Shown one piece after another: positions 42,871 through 53,646 of a stretch of DNA of 64,000 nucleotides. A program made the position numbers and the translations under genes. How positions within the stretch are numbered: position 1 is the stretch's first letter; each line of letters begins with the position of its first letter. The DNA is from Nitrospirota bacterium (GTDB lineage Bacteria; Nitrospirota; UBA9217), in contig OY760142.1 of assembly GCA_963663225.1 (NCBI GenBank), positions 2,816,001-2,880,000 of the forward strand, read 5' to 3'. The notes beneath the pieces were generated by a model. That model was not told the origin of the DNA. It did no database searches and worked only from the letters and a program-made list of their open reading frames with translations.

Positions 42871-45018
42871 TTATCCTGACTTCACTCTTTTTACCTGCAT
42901 TACGCCGGAGATGGACTCTATGTTGCCGATAACTCTGTTTAGATGTTCAATATCGCTTACGTCTATAGTAAATAAAAGAAGTGCTTCCCTGTTTTCATTC
43001 ACGGTCACTTCAGCGTGGGTAATATTCGCCTCAGAGGCGCTTATGGACGAAGATACGCTGGCAAGAATGCCGGGACGATCCTCGGACCTTACCGCGATTT
43101 TCACGGCATGCGCGGACGGTTTAAAATCACCCCAGGACACGTCTACAAGTCGTTCCTTATCGAATGTAAGCTCTCCGATGTTAGGGCAGTCTGACGTGTG
43201 AATAGACACTCCCCTGCCCCTGGTAATAAATCCGATTACCTTGTCTCCTGGAACCGGATTACAGCATTTCGAAAGGTGAATCAGCATATTGTCCATGCCG
43301 CTGATTTTCATGCTGCCGCTTGAAATTTTTTGGGACCTGCCGGTTACTTTCCTGGGAAGCGGTTCAAGATGGACCTTCTCAGGCGCCAGCTTGTTTGCCA
43401 CCAGATGTGCCGACACCTTGCCGTACCCTATGGCAGCGAGAAGGTCGTCAAGCCCATTATGGGACATTTCATTGGCAATTTTAACGATATCATCAGATTT
43501 GAGAATTTTTGCCGGTTGCAAATCATGCTTGCGAAGATCTTTTTCGAGGAGTTCACGTCCGAGCAGGATGCTTCTCCGCCGTTCTTCAGCCTTGAGCCAT
43601 GCCTTAATTCGGGTGCGCGCTTTTGAGGTTTTTACAAACTTAAGCCAATCTCTGCTTGGAACATGTCCCGTCTGGGTCACAACCTCGATTTTATCACCGT
43701 TCTGCAGAACATGTTTAAGAGGCACAATTTTGCCGTTTACCTTGGCCCCCACGCATTGATGGCCAATGTCCGTATGGACACTGTAAGCAAAGTCCACCGG
43801 CGTTGATCCCTGCGGCAATTCTTTTACATCACCCCGCGGAGTAAAGACATAGACCACATCCGGAAACAGGTCGCCTTTTACCGTTTCCATAAACTCTCTG
43901 GCATCGGGCAGGTCACGCTGCCATTCTAAAAGCTGTCTGAGCCATGCAAATTGCTGCTCTTCTCGCTGGCTGATGGGAGAGCGTTCTTTGTAGCGCCAAT
44001 GAGCGGCAATACCTTCTTCTGCCAGCCGATGCATCTCTTCCGTGCGAATTTGAAACTCTACCCGCTCTCCTTTCGGGCCGATTACGGTGGTGTGAAGGGA
44101 TTGATAGAGATTGGACTTCGGCACGCCGATAAAATCCTTGAAACGTCCCGGTACAGGCGTCCAGAACGAGTGGATAAGGCCGAGGATGGCATAACAATTG
44201 ACCTTGGTATCCGTAATGATACGGATGGCAATCAGATCATAAACATCCTCAAACGATATCCCCTGCTTCTGCATTTTCGAGTAAATCCCGTAGAAGTGTT
44301 TGGGCCTGCCTTTTACCTCTCCCTTGTATTCATGCTCGGCAAGGCGTCGTTTTACCACTTCTATCAGCTCGTTGACGTATGCCTCCCGTTCAATGCGCCG
44401 CTTGGTAACTTTCTGGACGAGATCGTTGTATTCATCAGGGTAAAGATACTTGAAAGAGAGGTCTTCCAGCTCGATTTTAATTTTGGAAATACCGAGACGG
44501 TTGGCAAGAGGAGCATAAATATCAAGGGTTTCCTGGGCAATGCGTTTCTGCTTTTCCGGAGGAAGGAACTTGAGTGTGCGCATGTTGTGAAGCCGGTCGG
44601 CTAATTTTATCAGAATCACCCGGATGTCATTGGCCATAGCCACAATCATTTTGCGGAAATTCTCCGCCTCGCGCTGCTCGCGGCTCTGGAGTTCCATCCG
44701 GCTGAGTTTGGTCATGCCGTCCACAAGACCCGCGACTTCATCGCCGAACACTGATCGAACTTCTTCCGTTGTGGCGGATGTATCTTCAATGGTATCGTGC
44801 AGGAGACCCGCGGCAACGGTCACGGCATCGAGTTTTAAATCAGCAAGGATGGCAGCAACTTCTATAGGATGATTGAGGTAGGATTCGCCTGAAAGCCTGG
44901 TTTGGCCCTGATGTGCTCTTGCCGAAAAGATGTAGGCACGGCGCAGCAAATCAACATCCGTGTCTGGATGGTGATTCTGCAAGCGTTCAACAATATCTTC
45001 AAGACGAACTGCCGGCAT
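42871..45018 (-). CDS. relA: Bifunctional (p)ppGpp synthetase/hydrolase
   Basis: LLHDTIED (intact HD), KLADRLHNMRT, YQSLHT, AAHWRYKE, TGS and ACT domains. Confidence 0.96.
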   Translation of the reverse strand: MPAVRLEDIVERLQNHHPDTDVDLLRRAYIFSARAHQGQTRLSGESYLNHPIEVAAILADLKLDAVTVAAGLLHDTIEDTSATTEEVRSVFGDEVAGLVDGMTKLSRMELQSREQREAENFRKMIVAMANDIRVILIKLADRLHNMRTLKFLPPEKQKRIAQETLDIYAPLANRLGISKIKIELEDLSFKYLYPDEYNDLVQKVTKRRIEREAYVNELIEVVKRRLAEHEYKGEVKGRPKHFYGIYSKMQKQGISFEDVYDLIAIRIITDTKVNCYAILGLIHSFWTPVPGRFKDFIGVPKSNLYQSLHTTVIGPKGERVEFQIRTEEMHRLAEEGIAAHWRYKERSPISQREEQQFAWLRQLLEWQRDLPDAREFMETVKGDLFPDVVYVFTPRGDVKELPQGSTPVDFAYSVHTDIGHQCVGAKVNGKIVPLKHVLQNGDKIEVVTQTGHVPSRDWLKFVKTSKARTRIKAWLKAEERRRSILLGRELLEKDLRKHDLQPAKILKSDDIVKIANEMSHNGLDDLLAAIGYGKVSAHLVANKLAPEKVHLEPLPRKVTGRSQKISSGSMKISGMDNMLIHLSKCCNPVPGDKVIGFITRGRGVSIHTSDCPNIGELTFDKERLVDVSWGDFKPSAHAVKIAVRSEDRPGILASVSSSISASEANITHAEVTVNENREALLLFTIDVSDIEHLNRVIGNIESISGVMQVKRVKSG

Positions 45019-45163
45019 AGTACATACCTGAAAAAACTTTGCGGTTTAAAAAGGCCGATGTTGCAGCCGGAGAGCATGGATGTGCGACGCTGAGAATAGT
45101 TTATTACCAAACGTCGCGTTCCTCCCGATTGCACTGCACAAATGCAGCGCATCCCTAAGAAAA

Positions 45164-46918
45164 CTACTTTTCAGTCTTGATGTCCTTTATGTCCAGTTCC
45201 AGCGATGTTTTTCCATTCCAGACGTTCAGCCTTGGCGTAAAAACCGCAGCAAGCCGTGACCCGTTCCATACCTGTTTACCCAGAAGATCTCCCTGATTGA
45301 AGGCGATTGCTTCAAAAAATGCCCCTTGTTGTCGGAGCTTTAGTTTGAGATGATTGCTGCCGACTATTCTCGACGCAACCACCTCAAGGCCTCGAGCGCC
45401 AAGCCTCGCCTCCGGGTTCCCTTGTCCAAAAGGGGCCATCCGTTCAATTTGGCGTACCAGATCGCTATTGATCTCTTCGGGTGCCACTCCGGCGTCGACA
45501 AGCAATGTTCGGGTAAATCCTTGTGTCCCGACTTGTTTCAAAACAAGAGAGCCCAGCCGGTCGCGAAATTGAGGAATATTCTCTTTCGCTATAGTAAATC
45601 CAGCGGCAACTTTGTGGCCGCCGAAATTTATAAGCAAATCCGAACATGACACGAGGCCGGCATAGAGATCAAAACCGGGTATGCTCCGGGCAGATCCTTT
45701 ACCGACTCCGTCCTTCAAACAAATAAGCGCCGTCGGGCGGTAAAATTCTTCAACGATCCGTGAGGCAACAATGCCGATAACGCCCGGATGCCAATCCTCA
45801 GAGCACAGCACCAGCGCTCCTGTGGCATCAATATCCATCTGATGGCAAAGCCGGCGGGCGGCCTCCCTGATGTTCTCTTCAACAGACTGGCGCTCCCGAT
45901 TAATCCCGTCGAGGTCAGACGCAAGACTGAGCGCCTCCTCCGGAGAGTCCGTCGTAAGGAGACGAACCGACATGTCCGCCCGCTCTAGCCTGCCGCCGGC
46001 ATTCAGCCGAGGTGCAATGCTGAAGCCCACAGATCCCGTACTGATTTTTTTGCCATCAAGACCGGAAACACGCTTCAACGCTGCTATGCCCGGCCTCTGT
46101 TTTTCTGCACCGGACGACAGCAACTCCAATCCGTGTTTGACAAGGAGCCGATTTTCTCCCGTTATTTTTCCGACGTCTGCCACAGTACCGAGCGTTACAA
46201 GGTCAAGGTATGTCTGTAATTGAGCATCATCCGAGGTCGCTTCCAAAAGCCCCTGCGCCAGTTTAAATGCGACACCCACGCCGGTAAGGCATCCAACCTG
46301 CTCCCGAATTTCCGGAGTGACCCCATCATCCAGCAGCGACGGGTGCAAAACAGCATATGCTTCAGGAAAAACAGGTGCTTGAGAATTGCCGCAACCGCTT
46401 CCGTCGTCCTGGTTTTTAAATTCATGATGATCAGTGATAATAAGGTCGATTCCCAGGGAACGGGCAGCCTCAGCTTCGCGGCTGGCAGTAATACCGCAGT
46501 CCACCGAGATAACAAGTTTTGTCCCTGTGGATTGAATCATTTTCAGGGCACGGGCATTTAGCCCATAGCCTTCAGCCAATCTGTCGGGGATATACCATGC
46601 CGCCTGAGCACCCAAAGCTCTGAGGACAAGGAACAACAGCGATGTGCCGGTCACACCGTCTACATCATAATCGCCGTAAACCGTTATCTTTTCCCTGGTG
46701 TCTATGGCCTTTCGTATGCGGTTTACAGCTTTTGGCATCTGGCTGAAAACGCCAGGGCTGGATAATGTCGAAAAATCACACGCCAGAAAAGCCTGGACAG
46801 CAGCCGGCTCTGTAATTCCGCGATTAACCATCAATCTGGCGATAAGCGGATGCAGACCGGCTTTATCTGAAAGTGCCGCTGCAACAGCATCATCAGATTG
46901 TGCGAGAACCCATTTCAT
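45164..46918 (-). CDS. recJ: ssDNA-specific exonuclease RecJ
   Basis: YGDYDVDG, VDCG, TDHH, GTVAD, PRLNAGGR, GSARS, GGH..AAG. Confidence 0.96.
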   Translation of the reverse strand: MKWVLAQSDDAVAAALSDKAGLHPLIARLMVNRGITEPAAVQAFLACDFSTLSSPGVFSQMPKAVNRIRKAIDTREKITVYGDYDVDGVTGTSLLFLVLRALGAQAAWYIPDRLAEGYGLNARALKMIQSTGTKLVISVDCGITASREAEAARSLGIDLIITDHHEFKNQDDGSGCGNSQAPVFPEAYAVLHPSLLDDGVTPEIREQVGCLTGVGVAFKLAQGLLEATSDDAQLQTYLDLVTLGTVADVGKITGENRLLVKHGLELLSSGAEKQRPGIAALKRVSGLDGKKISTGSVGFSIAPRLNAGGRLERADMSVRLLTTDSPEEALSLASDLDGINRERQSVEENIREAARRLCHQMDIDATGALVLCSEDWHPGVIGIVASRIVEEFYRPTALICLKDGVGKGSARSIPGFDLYAGLVSCSDLLINFGGHKVAAGFTIAKENIPQFRDRLGSLVLKQVGTQGFTRTLLVDAGVAPEEINSDLVRQIERMAPFGQGNPEARLGARGLEVVASRIVGSNHLKLKLRQQGAFFEAIAFNQGDLLGKQVWNGSRLAAVFTPRLNVWNGKTSLELDIKDIKTEK

Positions 46919-46937
46919 ACGCTCCCGCCTGCTCTGC

Positions 46938-47135
46938 CTATCCCTTGCCCTCTTTGCTCTCTTTTTTCCCGGCGTCTTTGCTTATCTCTTCTTGTGAATC
47001 GGAAGAAATACCTTTTTTAAACCCTCTAATTGCCTTTCCCAGCCCTTCTCCCAGCTGCGGCAATCGGCTTGCTCCGAAAATAACTATAACAATCACTAAA
47101 ATAACTAATAACTCCGGCATTCCAAGTCCAAACAT
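46938..47135 (-). CDS. tatA: Twin-arginine translocase TatA/E
   Basis: [37 protein letters not shown]. Confidence 0.93.
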   Translation of the reverse strand: MFGLGMPELLVILVIVIVIFGASRLPQLGEGLGKAIRGFKKGISSDSQEEISKDAGKKESKEGKG

Positions 47136-47698
47136 GCTTCCTCCCTATACTCTTGTGGTGTATTAAGATTTTTGAGCGACCGTCTTCGCGGATCAAAACG
47201 GTCTATCTCTCTTTCTGACACATAACGGACTCGAACATCTTTAAAGACCGTTTTTATCTGCCTCGCATCCTGTTGCAGATGATTTTCAATAATCGGGATC
47301 AGTCTCCTGTTATACACTGCATGCAGTGGCTCCACAAAATCATCAATCCTCGGCAAAACCACATCATACCCTTCCGACAACCCTGCCATATAGGAAAGAA
47401 GCTGTGAATTCAAAAAAGGCATGTCACAGGCAACTACGAAATTATACTCATCCTGAGAATGCAACAATCCCGTATATATCCCGGTCAAGGGACCACGCTT
47501 GTCGGAGACATCCCTAATCACAGAAGCATCATAAGAAGCATACAGCCGGGGTGAATTCGTTACGATGATGACACGGTCCGCGATACTTCTGAGTGCAGCC
47601 AATACATGTTCAATCATGGGGATACCGGCAATCTTAAGAAACGCCTTGTCCTTGCCCATGCGCCTGTTTTCCCCACCGGAAAGCACTATGCCCGTCAT
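47105..47698 (-). CDS. mobA: Molybdenum cofactor guanylyltransferase
   Basis: [38 protein letters not shown]. Confidence 0.92.
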   Translation of the reverse strand: MTGIVLSGGENRRMGKDKAFLKIAGIPMIEHVLAALRSIADRVIIVTNSPRLYASYDASVIRDVSDKRGPLTGIYTGLLHSQDEYNFVVACDMPFLNSQLLSYMAGLSEGYDVVLPRIDDFVEPLHAVYNRRLIPIIENHLQQDARQIKTVFKDVRVRYVSEREIDRFDPRRRSLKNLNTPQEYREEACLDLECRSY

Positions 47699-47839
47699 AT
47701 TTAAAAGTACAGCATTTAATGCGGAGTGTCAACTGAGAACTTGGTAACTCTCTGTTTGCCGGACGCTGCCTGTTTCGGAAACGGTTCAGAAACGGTTTTT
47801 TGCTTGAATTAACGGCTAATTTATACTAAGATTACAAAC

Positions 47840-48094
47840 ATGGAAGAAAGAATAGGGTCCGTCATCAAGTTTTTTGATAAAACAGCCATCGCTGCAGTCA
47901 AGCTGGACTTTGGTGACCTTGCCATCGGCGATACAATTCGTATTAAAGGACCGAATACAGACTTCACGCAAAAGGTTGAAATTTTAGAATTTGACCATAA
48001 ACCGGTTCAAAAAGCGCTGCGCGGCCACTTTGCGGGCGTCAAGCTTTCCCAATCTGTAAAACCATTTGATCTTTTATTCAGAATCATTGGATAG
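47840..48094 (+). CDS. Small EF-Tu domain 2-like beta-barrel (translation elongation factor-like / U32 C-terminal-like) protein
   Basis: IG.V.KFF.K..IAAV, L.IGDTIRIKG..TDFTQKV. Confidence 0.7.
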   Translation: MEERIGSVIKFFDKTAIAAVKLDFGDLAIGDTIRIKGPNTDFTQKVEILEFDHKPVQKALRGHFAGVKLSQSVKPFDLLFRIIG

Positions 48095-48103
48095 CTCCCT
48101 CCG

Positions 48104-49081
48104 ATGCTCACCTATATCATTAAACGCCTTCTCCTGATGATCCCTATTCTCCTTGGTATTACCGTGCTGAGCTTCGGCGTTATGCGCCTGGCTCCAGGCG
48201 GTCCTGCCGAAGCTCAGATGGAGTTCTCATCGAAAGCCTCTCCTGAGGCCCGTGAAAGACTCAGAAAACTTTACGGAGCCGACCAGCCTTTTTACAAGCA
48301 ATATGCGACCTGGCTTAAGAAATTTGTAACTCTGGATTTTGGGGAAGCTTTTGCAGATGGCCGCAAAGTAAAAGACAAAATACTCGAATGCCTCCCCATC
48401 ACGCTCACAATCAACATTTTATCTCTCGGACTGGTTCTTTTGATTGCCATTCCCATCGGCATCATATCGGCAACGCAACAGTATTCGTTTTTTGACCGAG
48501 CAACAACAATCTTTGTTTTTCTCGGTTTTTCAACGCCATCATTCTGGCTTGCGTTGTTACTTATCTATTTGTTCGGCGTACAGTGGGGTTTGCTTCCCAT
48601 ATCGGGCATACATAGCCTGGATGTCGGAAATCTGAATAAATGGAGCTGGGGGTGGTTTATGGATACAGCTCAACACTTGATCCTGCCGGTGTTTGTTTCT
48701 GCCTTTGGCGGTCTGGCTGCTTTTTCGCGATATGTTAGAAATAATATGCTTGAGGTCATGCGACAGGATTATATTCGTACGGCCCGTGCAAAAGGGCTCT
48801 CGGAAAACGAGGTAATTTGTAAGCATGCACTCAGAAACGCCCTGATGCCGGTGATTACCATATTGGGCCTTGCGGTCCCCGGTATAATTGGCGGCAGTGT
48901 AATCATGGAAACTGTTTTTAGCATCCCAGGAATGGGACAACTTTTGTACCAATCGGTATTTTCAAGAGATTATAATCTGACAATGGGCATTCTCGTGCCG
49001 GCGGCGTGCCTTACCATGCTCGGCAACTTTTTTGCCGATATCGCGTACGCATTCACCGATCCGAGAGTAAGACTTCATTAA
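48104..49081 (+). CDS. dppB: Peptide/nickel ABC transporter permease (DppB/OppB)
   Basis: [27 protein letters not shown]. Confidence 0.88.
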   Translation: MLTYIIKRLLLMIPILLGITVLSFGVMRLAPGGPAEAQMEFSSKASPEARERLRKLYGADQPFYKQYATWLKKFVTLDFGEAFADGRKVKDKILECLPITLTINILSLGLVLLIAIPIGIISATQQYSFFDRATTIFVFLGFSTPSFWLALLLIYLFGVQWGLLPISGIHSLDVGNLNKWSWGWFMDTAQHLILPVFVSAFGGLAAFSRYVRNNMLEVMRQDYIRTARAKGLSENEVICKHALRNALMPVITILGLAVPGIIGGSVIMETVFSIPGMGQLLYQSVFSRDYNLTMGILVPAACLTMLGNFFADIAYAFTDPRVRLH

Positions 49082-49117
49082 GCTCTCTAAAAAAACAGGG
49101 TTTTAAGAGATATAATT

Positions 49118-49960
49118 ATGAAACTGACTACATCCAGAATCATCCAGCATTTGACAAAAAACAAGCTCGCCGTTATAGGCGGGACGCTGGTTTTGCTTGT
49201 TTTTGTTCTTTCTATTTTTGCTCCTCTGGTAGCACCTTACAGCCCTGCCGCTATTGACATCAAAAATATTCTTGCGGAGCCTTCATTTCTACATCCGCTG
49301 GGAACCGACGAACTGGGGAGAGACGTCCTGTCCCGCATGCTCTGGGGAGGAAGAATTTCTCTTGAAGTCGGTTTTGTGGCCGTCGGCATCGCCACGATTA
49401 TCGGTATTATTCTCGGCGCGATCTCAGGTTATTATGGTGGTTATATTGACAGTATCATCATGCGGGCAGTTGATATCATGCTGAGCATTCCTACAATTTT
49501 TCTGGTGCTCGCAGTAATTGCCATTCTCGAACCAAGCATTTTAAACATCATGATCGTAATAGGGCTTACAAGCTGGATGGAACCGGCCCGGCTCATCCGT
49601 GCAGAATTTATATCGCTGAAGGAACGCGAGTTTGTGATCGCTGCTCAGGCCATGGGCGCCGTAGATGCACGTATTATTATAAAGCATGTTCTGCCGAACG
49701 GGTTTTCACCGATCCTTGTATCTGCAACAATGGGGATCGGTGGTGCGGTCCTCATTGAGTCAGCCCTCAGTTTTCTCGGTATTGGCGTCCAGCCTCCCAC
49801 GCCAAGCTGGGGCAGCCTGCTCTCTTCAGGCAAGGACAATATAGAAATAGCCTGGTGGCTTTCTGCTTTTCCCGGCCTTGCGATTCTCATGACGGTTCTT
49901 GGGTATAATCTTTTGGGTGAAGGCATTCGCGATGCTCTTGATCCGCGCCAGCAGGTGTAA
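49118..49960 (+). CDS. dppC: Peptide/nickel ABC transporter permease (DppC/OppC)
   Basis: HPLGTDELGRD, HVLPN, LSFLG.G..PPTPSWG, RDALDPR. Confidence 0.88.
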   Translation: MKLTTSRIIQHLTKNKLAVIGGTLVLLVFVLSIFAPLVAPYSPAAIDIKNILAEPSFLHPLGTDELGRDVLSRMLWGGRISLEVGFVAVGIATIIGIILGAISGYYGGYIDSIIMRAVDIMLSIPTIFLVLAVIAILEPSILNIMIVIGLTSWMEPARLIRAEFISLKEREFVIAAQAMGAVDARIIIKHVLPNGFSPILVSATMGIGGAVLIESALSFLGIGVQPPTPSWGSLLSSGKDNIEIAWWLSAFPGLAILMTVLGYNLLGEGIRDALDPRQQV

Positions 49961-50008
49961 TAATTATTATTATTTAAAAAACCCTATACTTCCGGAAAGT
50001 GAGAGAAA

Positions 50009-50374
50009 ATGCACAAATCTAGCGTTGATATAGAAAAGCTTCTTGATGAAATCCCTATAGCTTTAACGTATACAGACAAGCAAGGCATTATCCTTTATCG
50101 TAATCGAATTGCAGCTGCAAGACCTTCCCCAGGCCCAAGGAACGTGGGCATCAATATCAAAGATTGCCATGCTCTGCCGGAGAGCAAACAAAAGATTGAT
50201 CAGATTTTTGATGATTTTGTTAAGGGCCGGCGGGAACCACACTATTATGTATCGCAAAGAACAGGAATCGAGGAACTGGTAACGCTGATTCCGGTTTTTA
50301 CAGAAGACCGGTTTGCGGGGTGTTTACAGGTCATACATCCGCTTGAAATAAAGGGAAAGAAAAGAACTTTTTAA
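50009..50374 (+). CDS. Stand-alone PAS-domain protein
   Basis: LLDEIPIALTYTDKQGIILYRN, G.NIKDCH pattern. Confidence 0.65.
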   Translation: MHKSSVDIEKLLDEIPIALTYTDKQGIILYRNRIAAARPSPGPRNVGINIKDCHALPESKQKIDQIFDDFVKGRREPHYYVSQRTGIEELVTLIPVFTEDRFAGCLQVIHPLEIKGKKRTF

Positions 50375-50430
50375 ATGCACTTAAACTGAAGCTGTACACA
50401 TTTCTGCTTATCAATACAAAGTACGTTTCT

Positions 50431-51474
50431 TTATTGTTCTTTGCCCGACTTTTTTTGCTTGTTTGCAGTCATCCTATTCGATTTATATCTGCCGATAGCC
50501 TTTTCGTGTTCTCCAAAATCTTTTGAAAAATAATGGCTGCCGTCACCCTGGGCTACAAAAAAAAGATAGTCTACTTTTTCAGGATACAGCGCAGCTAGAA
50601 TTGCGCCCTGGCCGGGGTTTGCGATCGGCCCGGGGGGCAGACCTTTATGAAGGTAGGTATTATAGGGAGATTGACGCTTCAGGTCTTCTTTTGTCACTTT
50701 CGTGATCCACGCTTTTGTTCCATATACGGCAGTAGGATCGGCCTGCAGTTTCATTTTTTTCTTCAGTCTGTTTAAATAGACTGCAGCAACCAGCTTTCGC
50801 TCAGCGGAAATTTTTGCTTCTTTCTCGACAATAGAAGCCAAAGTAACAATCTGATGTTCGGTAAAACCCATTTCTTTTGCCCTGTTGCGATAGCTGTCAA
50901 CAAAAACCGCTTTATAGCGTTGCACCATCCTTTTCGGAATATCTTCCAATTTGATTCCCTTCGGAAGATAATACGTATCAGGAAAAAGATATCCTTCCAG
51001 AGTGTCCGCATCAATACCCAACGAGCGTACATATTCTTTATTTTTTACCAGATTGATGAATTTATTCGGGTCGGAAATAAGCGGGGTATTGGAAAGCGTC
51101 CAACCGATTTGATACAGATTATATCCTTCCGGCACTACTACTTGATATTCGATAATCTTGCCGTTACGCAGGGCATCAAGAACATCCCACATACTCATGT
51201 TCGTGTTGAGCCCGTAATAGCCAAAGCGAACTTTGCGGCTGATGCCTTCGAGTCTGCCGAGGATTTCAAAATAACTGCGGTATCGTATGATCCCTTCATT
51301 CTGCAACGTGGCTGCAATGGTTTTAAAACTCATGCCTTCGGTTACTTCGATTTCTTTCCATATGCGTTCCTTGGACGGCGGGACAAAGAATGCAAGGTAC
51401 AAATGAATGGTCAGAATAAGTATTGCCGTTGCGAAAAGAAAAGAAATCCATAAGTTTTTTTTGATATGACGCAT
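50431..51474 (-). CDS. mltG: Endolytic transglycosylase MltG (YceG)
   Basis: LEGYLFPDTY, LASIVEKE, LQADPT, SPYNTY..GLPPGPI. Confidence 0.95.
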   Translation of the reverse strand: MRHIKKNLWISFLFATAILILTIHLYLAFFVPPSKERIWKEIEVTEGMSFKTIAATLQNEGIIRYRSYFEILGRLEGISRKVRFGYYGLNTNMSMWDVLDALRNGKIIEYQVVVPEGYNLYQIGWTLSNTPLISDPNKFINLVKNKEYVRSLGIDADTLEGYLFPDTYYLPKGIKLEDIPKRMVQRYKAVFVDSYRNRAKEMGFTEHQIVTLASIVEKEAKISAERKLVAAVYLNRLKKKMKLQADPTAVYGTKAWITKVTKEDLKRQSPYNTYLHKGLPPGPIANPGQGAILAALYPEKVDYLFFVAQGDGSHYFSKDFGEHEKAIGRYKSNRMTANKQKKSGKEQ

Positions 51475-51559
51475 CTTATCCTCTCGCGCTGAACGTGTTG
51501 TAGTGGTGGAGCAGTATTGTATTTGCCAATCTCTTTTTCCCGGATTGCATCAAAAAAAA

Positions 51560-53269
51560 TCAGAGCTGACCGGACCTCAGGATACCGATCAATATCCAAA
51601 GTCCCAAGAATGCGGCAAGGACATATCCGATAAGACCAAACACCGGCAAACCGAAAAGCATCGGTCCCTGGGCTGAATGAATAATGATGGAGGACGCAAT
51701 GATGATGGCGGCCGTAATCACACTGAAGGCAAGACGGTTGCTCGATTTGTCAATATCCCTGATTAAATAATGGAGATCTTCGTGATGGATATTGATGCGA
51801 ATTTCACCATGTGTGATTTTTCGGACGATCATGCGTATCTGTTTCGGCAAAAGCGCAACAGCATCGGCAAGGCCCGTTATATCTTTTTTAATTTTTTTCA
51901 GCGCGTGAAGCGGGCTTTGTTTCAGACCTATCAATTCAGCGACATACGGTTTTGCAGATTCATAATAATTAAAGTCAGGATCGAGTTGTCTGAGTATGCC
52001 TTCCAGAGTAATAAGCGCCTTGTCCATAAGATACAAGTTGGAAGGCAGTTTCAGCCGGTGACGTACAAGAATATGCGTAATACGATCCACATAGGCGCTA
52101 AAATCGATTTGTTTTGCCTGCATAATGTAATACGGCTCTAGAAACTCGACCAGATCTTCCTTCATTTCCCGTTGAAATTTTTCAATGTCGATGGATTCAT
52201 CGGAAAGAAAACCCATGTCGACATACCTGCTCACCAGGGTATCATAATCATGATTTGCCAGCGCGAGGAAAATCGTGGCAAAATGCTCTTTATTTTCTTC
52301 GGAAATCCTGCCCATAATACCAAAATCAACGAGCCCGAGCCTCCCGTCTGAAAGAACGAACAAATTGCCCGGATGAGGATCAGCATGAAAAAAACCGTCC
52401 TGTAAGACCATTTTGAAAAAAGCCGCACCGCCTTTTCGGGCAATTTCCCTGCGGTCATGTCCTGCGCGTTCGAGCTTGTCGAAATCGTTGATCCTGATGC
52501 CGTCTATTTTTTCCAGAACAAGTATGCGTTTGCTGGAAATTTCCAAATACACTTTGGGAACATGTAGAATTGAGCTTTGTTCAAAATTTTTTCGCAATTG
52601 CACGGCGTTGGACGCTTCGACAAAAAAATCAAGTTCCCGTCTGATGGTATGTGCAAATTCTTCAACAATTCCGGGAATATTATACGGGCGCAATTCAGGG
52701 ACGCGAGTATCAATAAGATGCGCAAGCCAGCGCATGAGACCGATGTCACGGTCGATTATCCGGATAATGTGCGGGCGCTGGACTTTGACCATCACTTCGT
52801 TTCCGTCCAGAAGGGTTGCACGATGGACCTGGGCGATGGACGCGGCAGCAACCGGGATATCATCGAAAGAGAGAAATATTTTTTCCAGAGGTAGTTTCAA
52901 TTCATCTTCGACGATTTTTTTTGCCTCTGAAACCGGAAAAGGCGCGACAGAGTCCGTCAGTTTTAGCAACTCACGGGAATACTCAAGGGGCAGCATATCG
53001 GGACGGCAGGCCAGAACTTGTCCGAATTTTATGAAGGTGGGCCCCAAATCCTCGAACATCATGCGAAGACGTTCGGGTGCCCCAATGCGGTGGAGATGAG
53101 AAAGAGATGGCTCTTGAACTGTAGTGAGACGTTTTCTCAGGGAGAAAAAACGCTGTAATCCCATCTGCTCAACCAGATGGTCAAAACCATGCCGGGACGC
53201 CACAGCGATAATACGCCCTATTCTGGGGAGATCTCTGAAATATCTTCTCCTGAAACTGAAAAGAGACAT
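51560..53269 (-). CDS. ubiB: AarF/ABC1/UbiB family kinase-like protein
   Basis: LGPTFIKFGQ, AAASIAQVH, VKVQRP, FFHADPHPGN, DFG. Confidence 0.88.
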   Translation of the reverse strand: MSLFSFRRRYFRDLPRIGRIIAVASRHGFDHLVEQMGLQRFFSLRKRLTTVQEPSLSHLHRIGAPERLRMMFEDLGPTFIKFGQVLACRPDMLPLEYSRELLKLTDSVAPFPVSEAKKIVEDELKLPLEKIFLSFDDIPVAAASIAQVHRATLLDGNEVMVKVQRPHIIRIIDRDIGLMRWLAHLIDTRVPELRPYNIPGIVEEFAHTIRRELDFFVEASNAVQLRKNFEQSSILHVPKVYLEISSKRILVLEKIDGIRINDFDKLERAGHDRREIARKGGAAFFKMVLQDGFFHADPHPGNLFVLSDGRLGLVDFGIMGRISEENKEHFATIFLALANHDYDTLVSRYVDMGFLSDESIDIEKFQREMKEDLVEFLEPYYIMQAKQIDFSAYVDRITHILVRHRLKLPSNLYLMDKALITLEGILRQLDPDFNYYESAKPYVAELIGLKQSPLHALKKIKKDITGLADAVALLPKQIRMIVRKITHGEIRINIHHEDLHYLIRDIDKSSNRLAFSVITAAIIIASSIIIHSAQGPMLFGLPVFGLIGYVLAAFLGLWILIGILRSGQL

Positions 53270-53288
53270 GGGTGTCCTTGGGCAAAAG

Positions 53289-53609
53289 CTACGCCCCGCC
53301 CTTTCCTCCGTCTCCTTCTAGTTTTGCAATCCTCATTGACAAGGCCTGGATGCTTTTTTCCATTTTTTCGAAGTCGCCGTGCGTGGGAATATTAAATTTT
53401 TCCAGTGCAACGGTAACAGCATCCTTGATTTTGAAATCCATATCATGCGTGCTTTGCTCGGCTTTTGCTATCCACTCTTTTAACAGCGCAGCACCTTCTG
53501 ACTTCGAAAGCTCTCCAGCTTTGATAAGTTCATCGATAAAATTCACGATTTTTTCTTGTGCTCCAACTCCTGCCAGAATGGCTTTTTTAATGGCTTCCGA
53601 AACTGTCAT
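53289..53609 (-). CDS. Phasin-like helical protein
   Basis: KKAILAGVGA, ELIKAGELSKSEG, C-terminal coiled coil; typical ubiB partner. Confidence 0.7.
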   Translation of the reverse strand: MTVSEAIKKAILAGVGAQEKIVNFIDELIKAGELSKSEGAALLKEWIAKAEQSTHDMDFKIKDAVTVALEKFNIPTHGDFEKMEKSIQALSMRIAKLEGDGGKGGA

Positions 53610-53646
53610 GTCAACCTCCCTTCAGAGATGCTTCACGACAATTCTT

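Noticed and set aside
45019-45163. GCGACG...CGTCGC inverted repeat before relA/spoT as an ncRNA
   Set aside because: Only 6-bp arms with a long loop; no family recognisable
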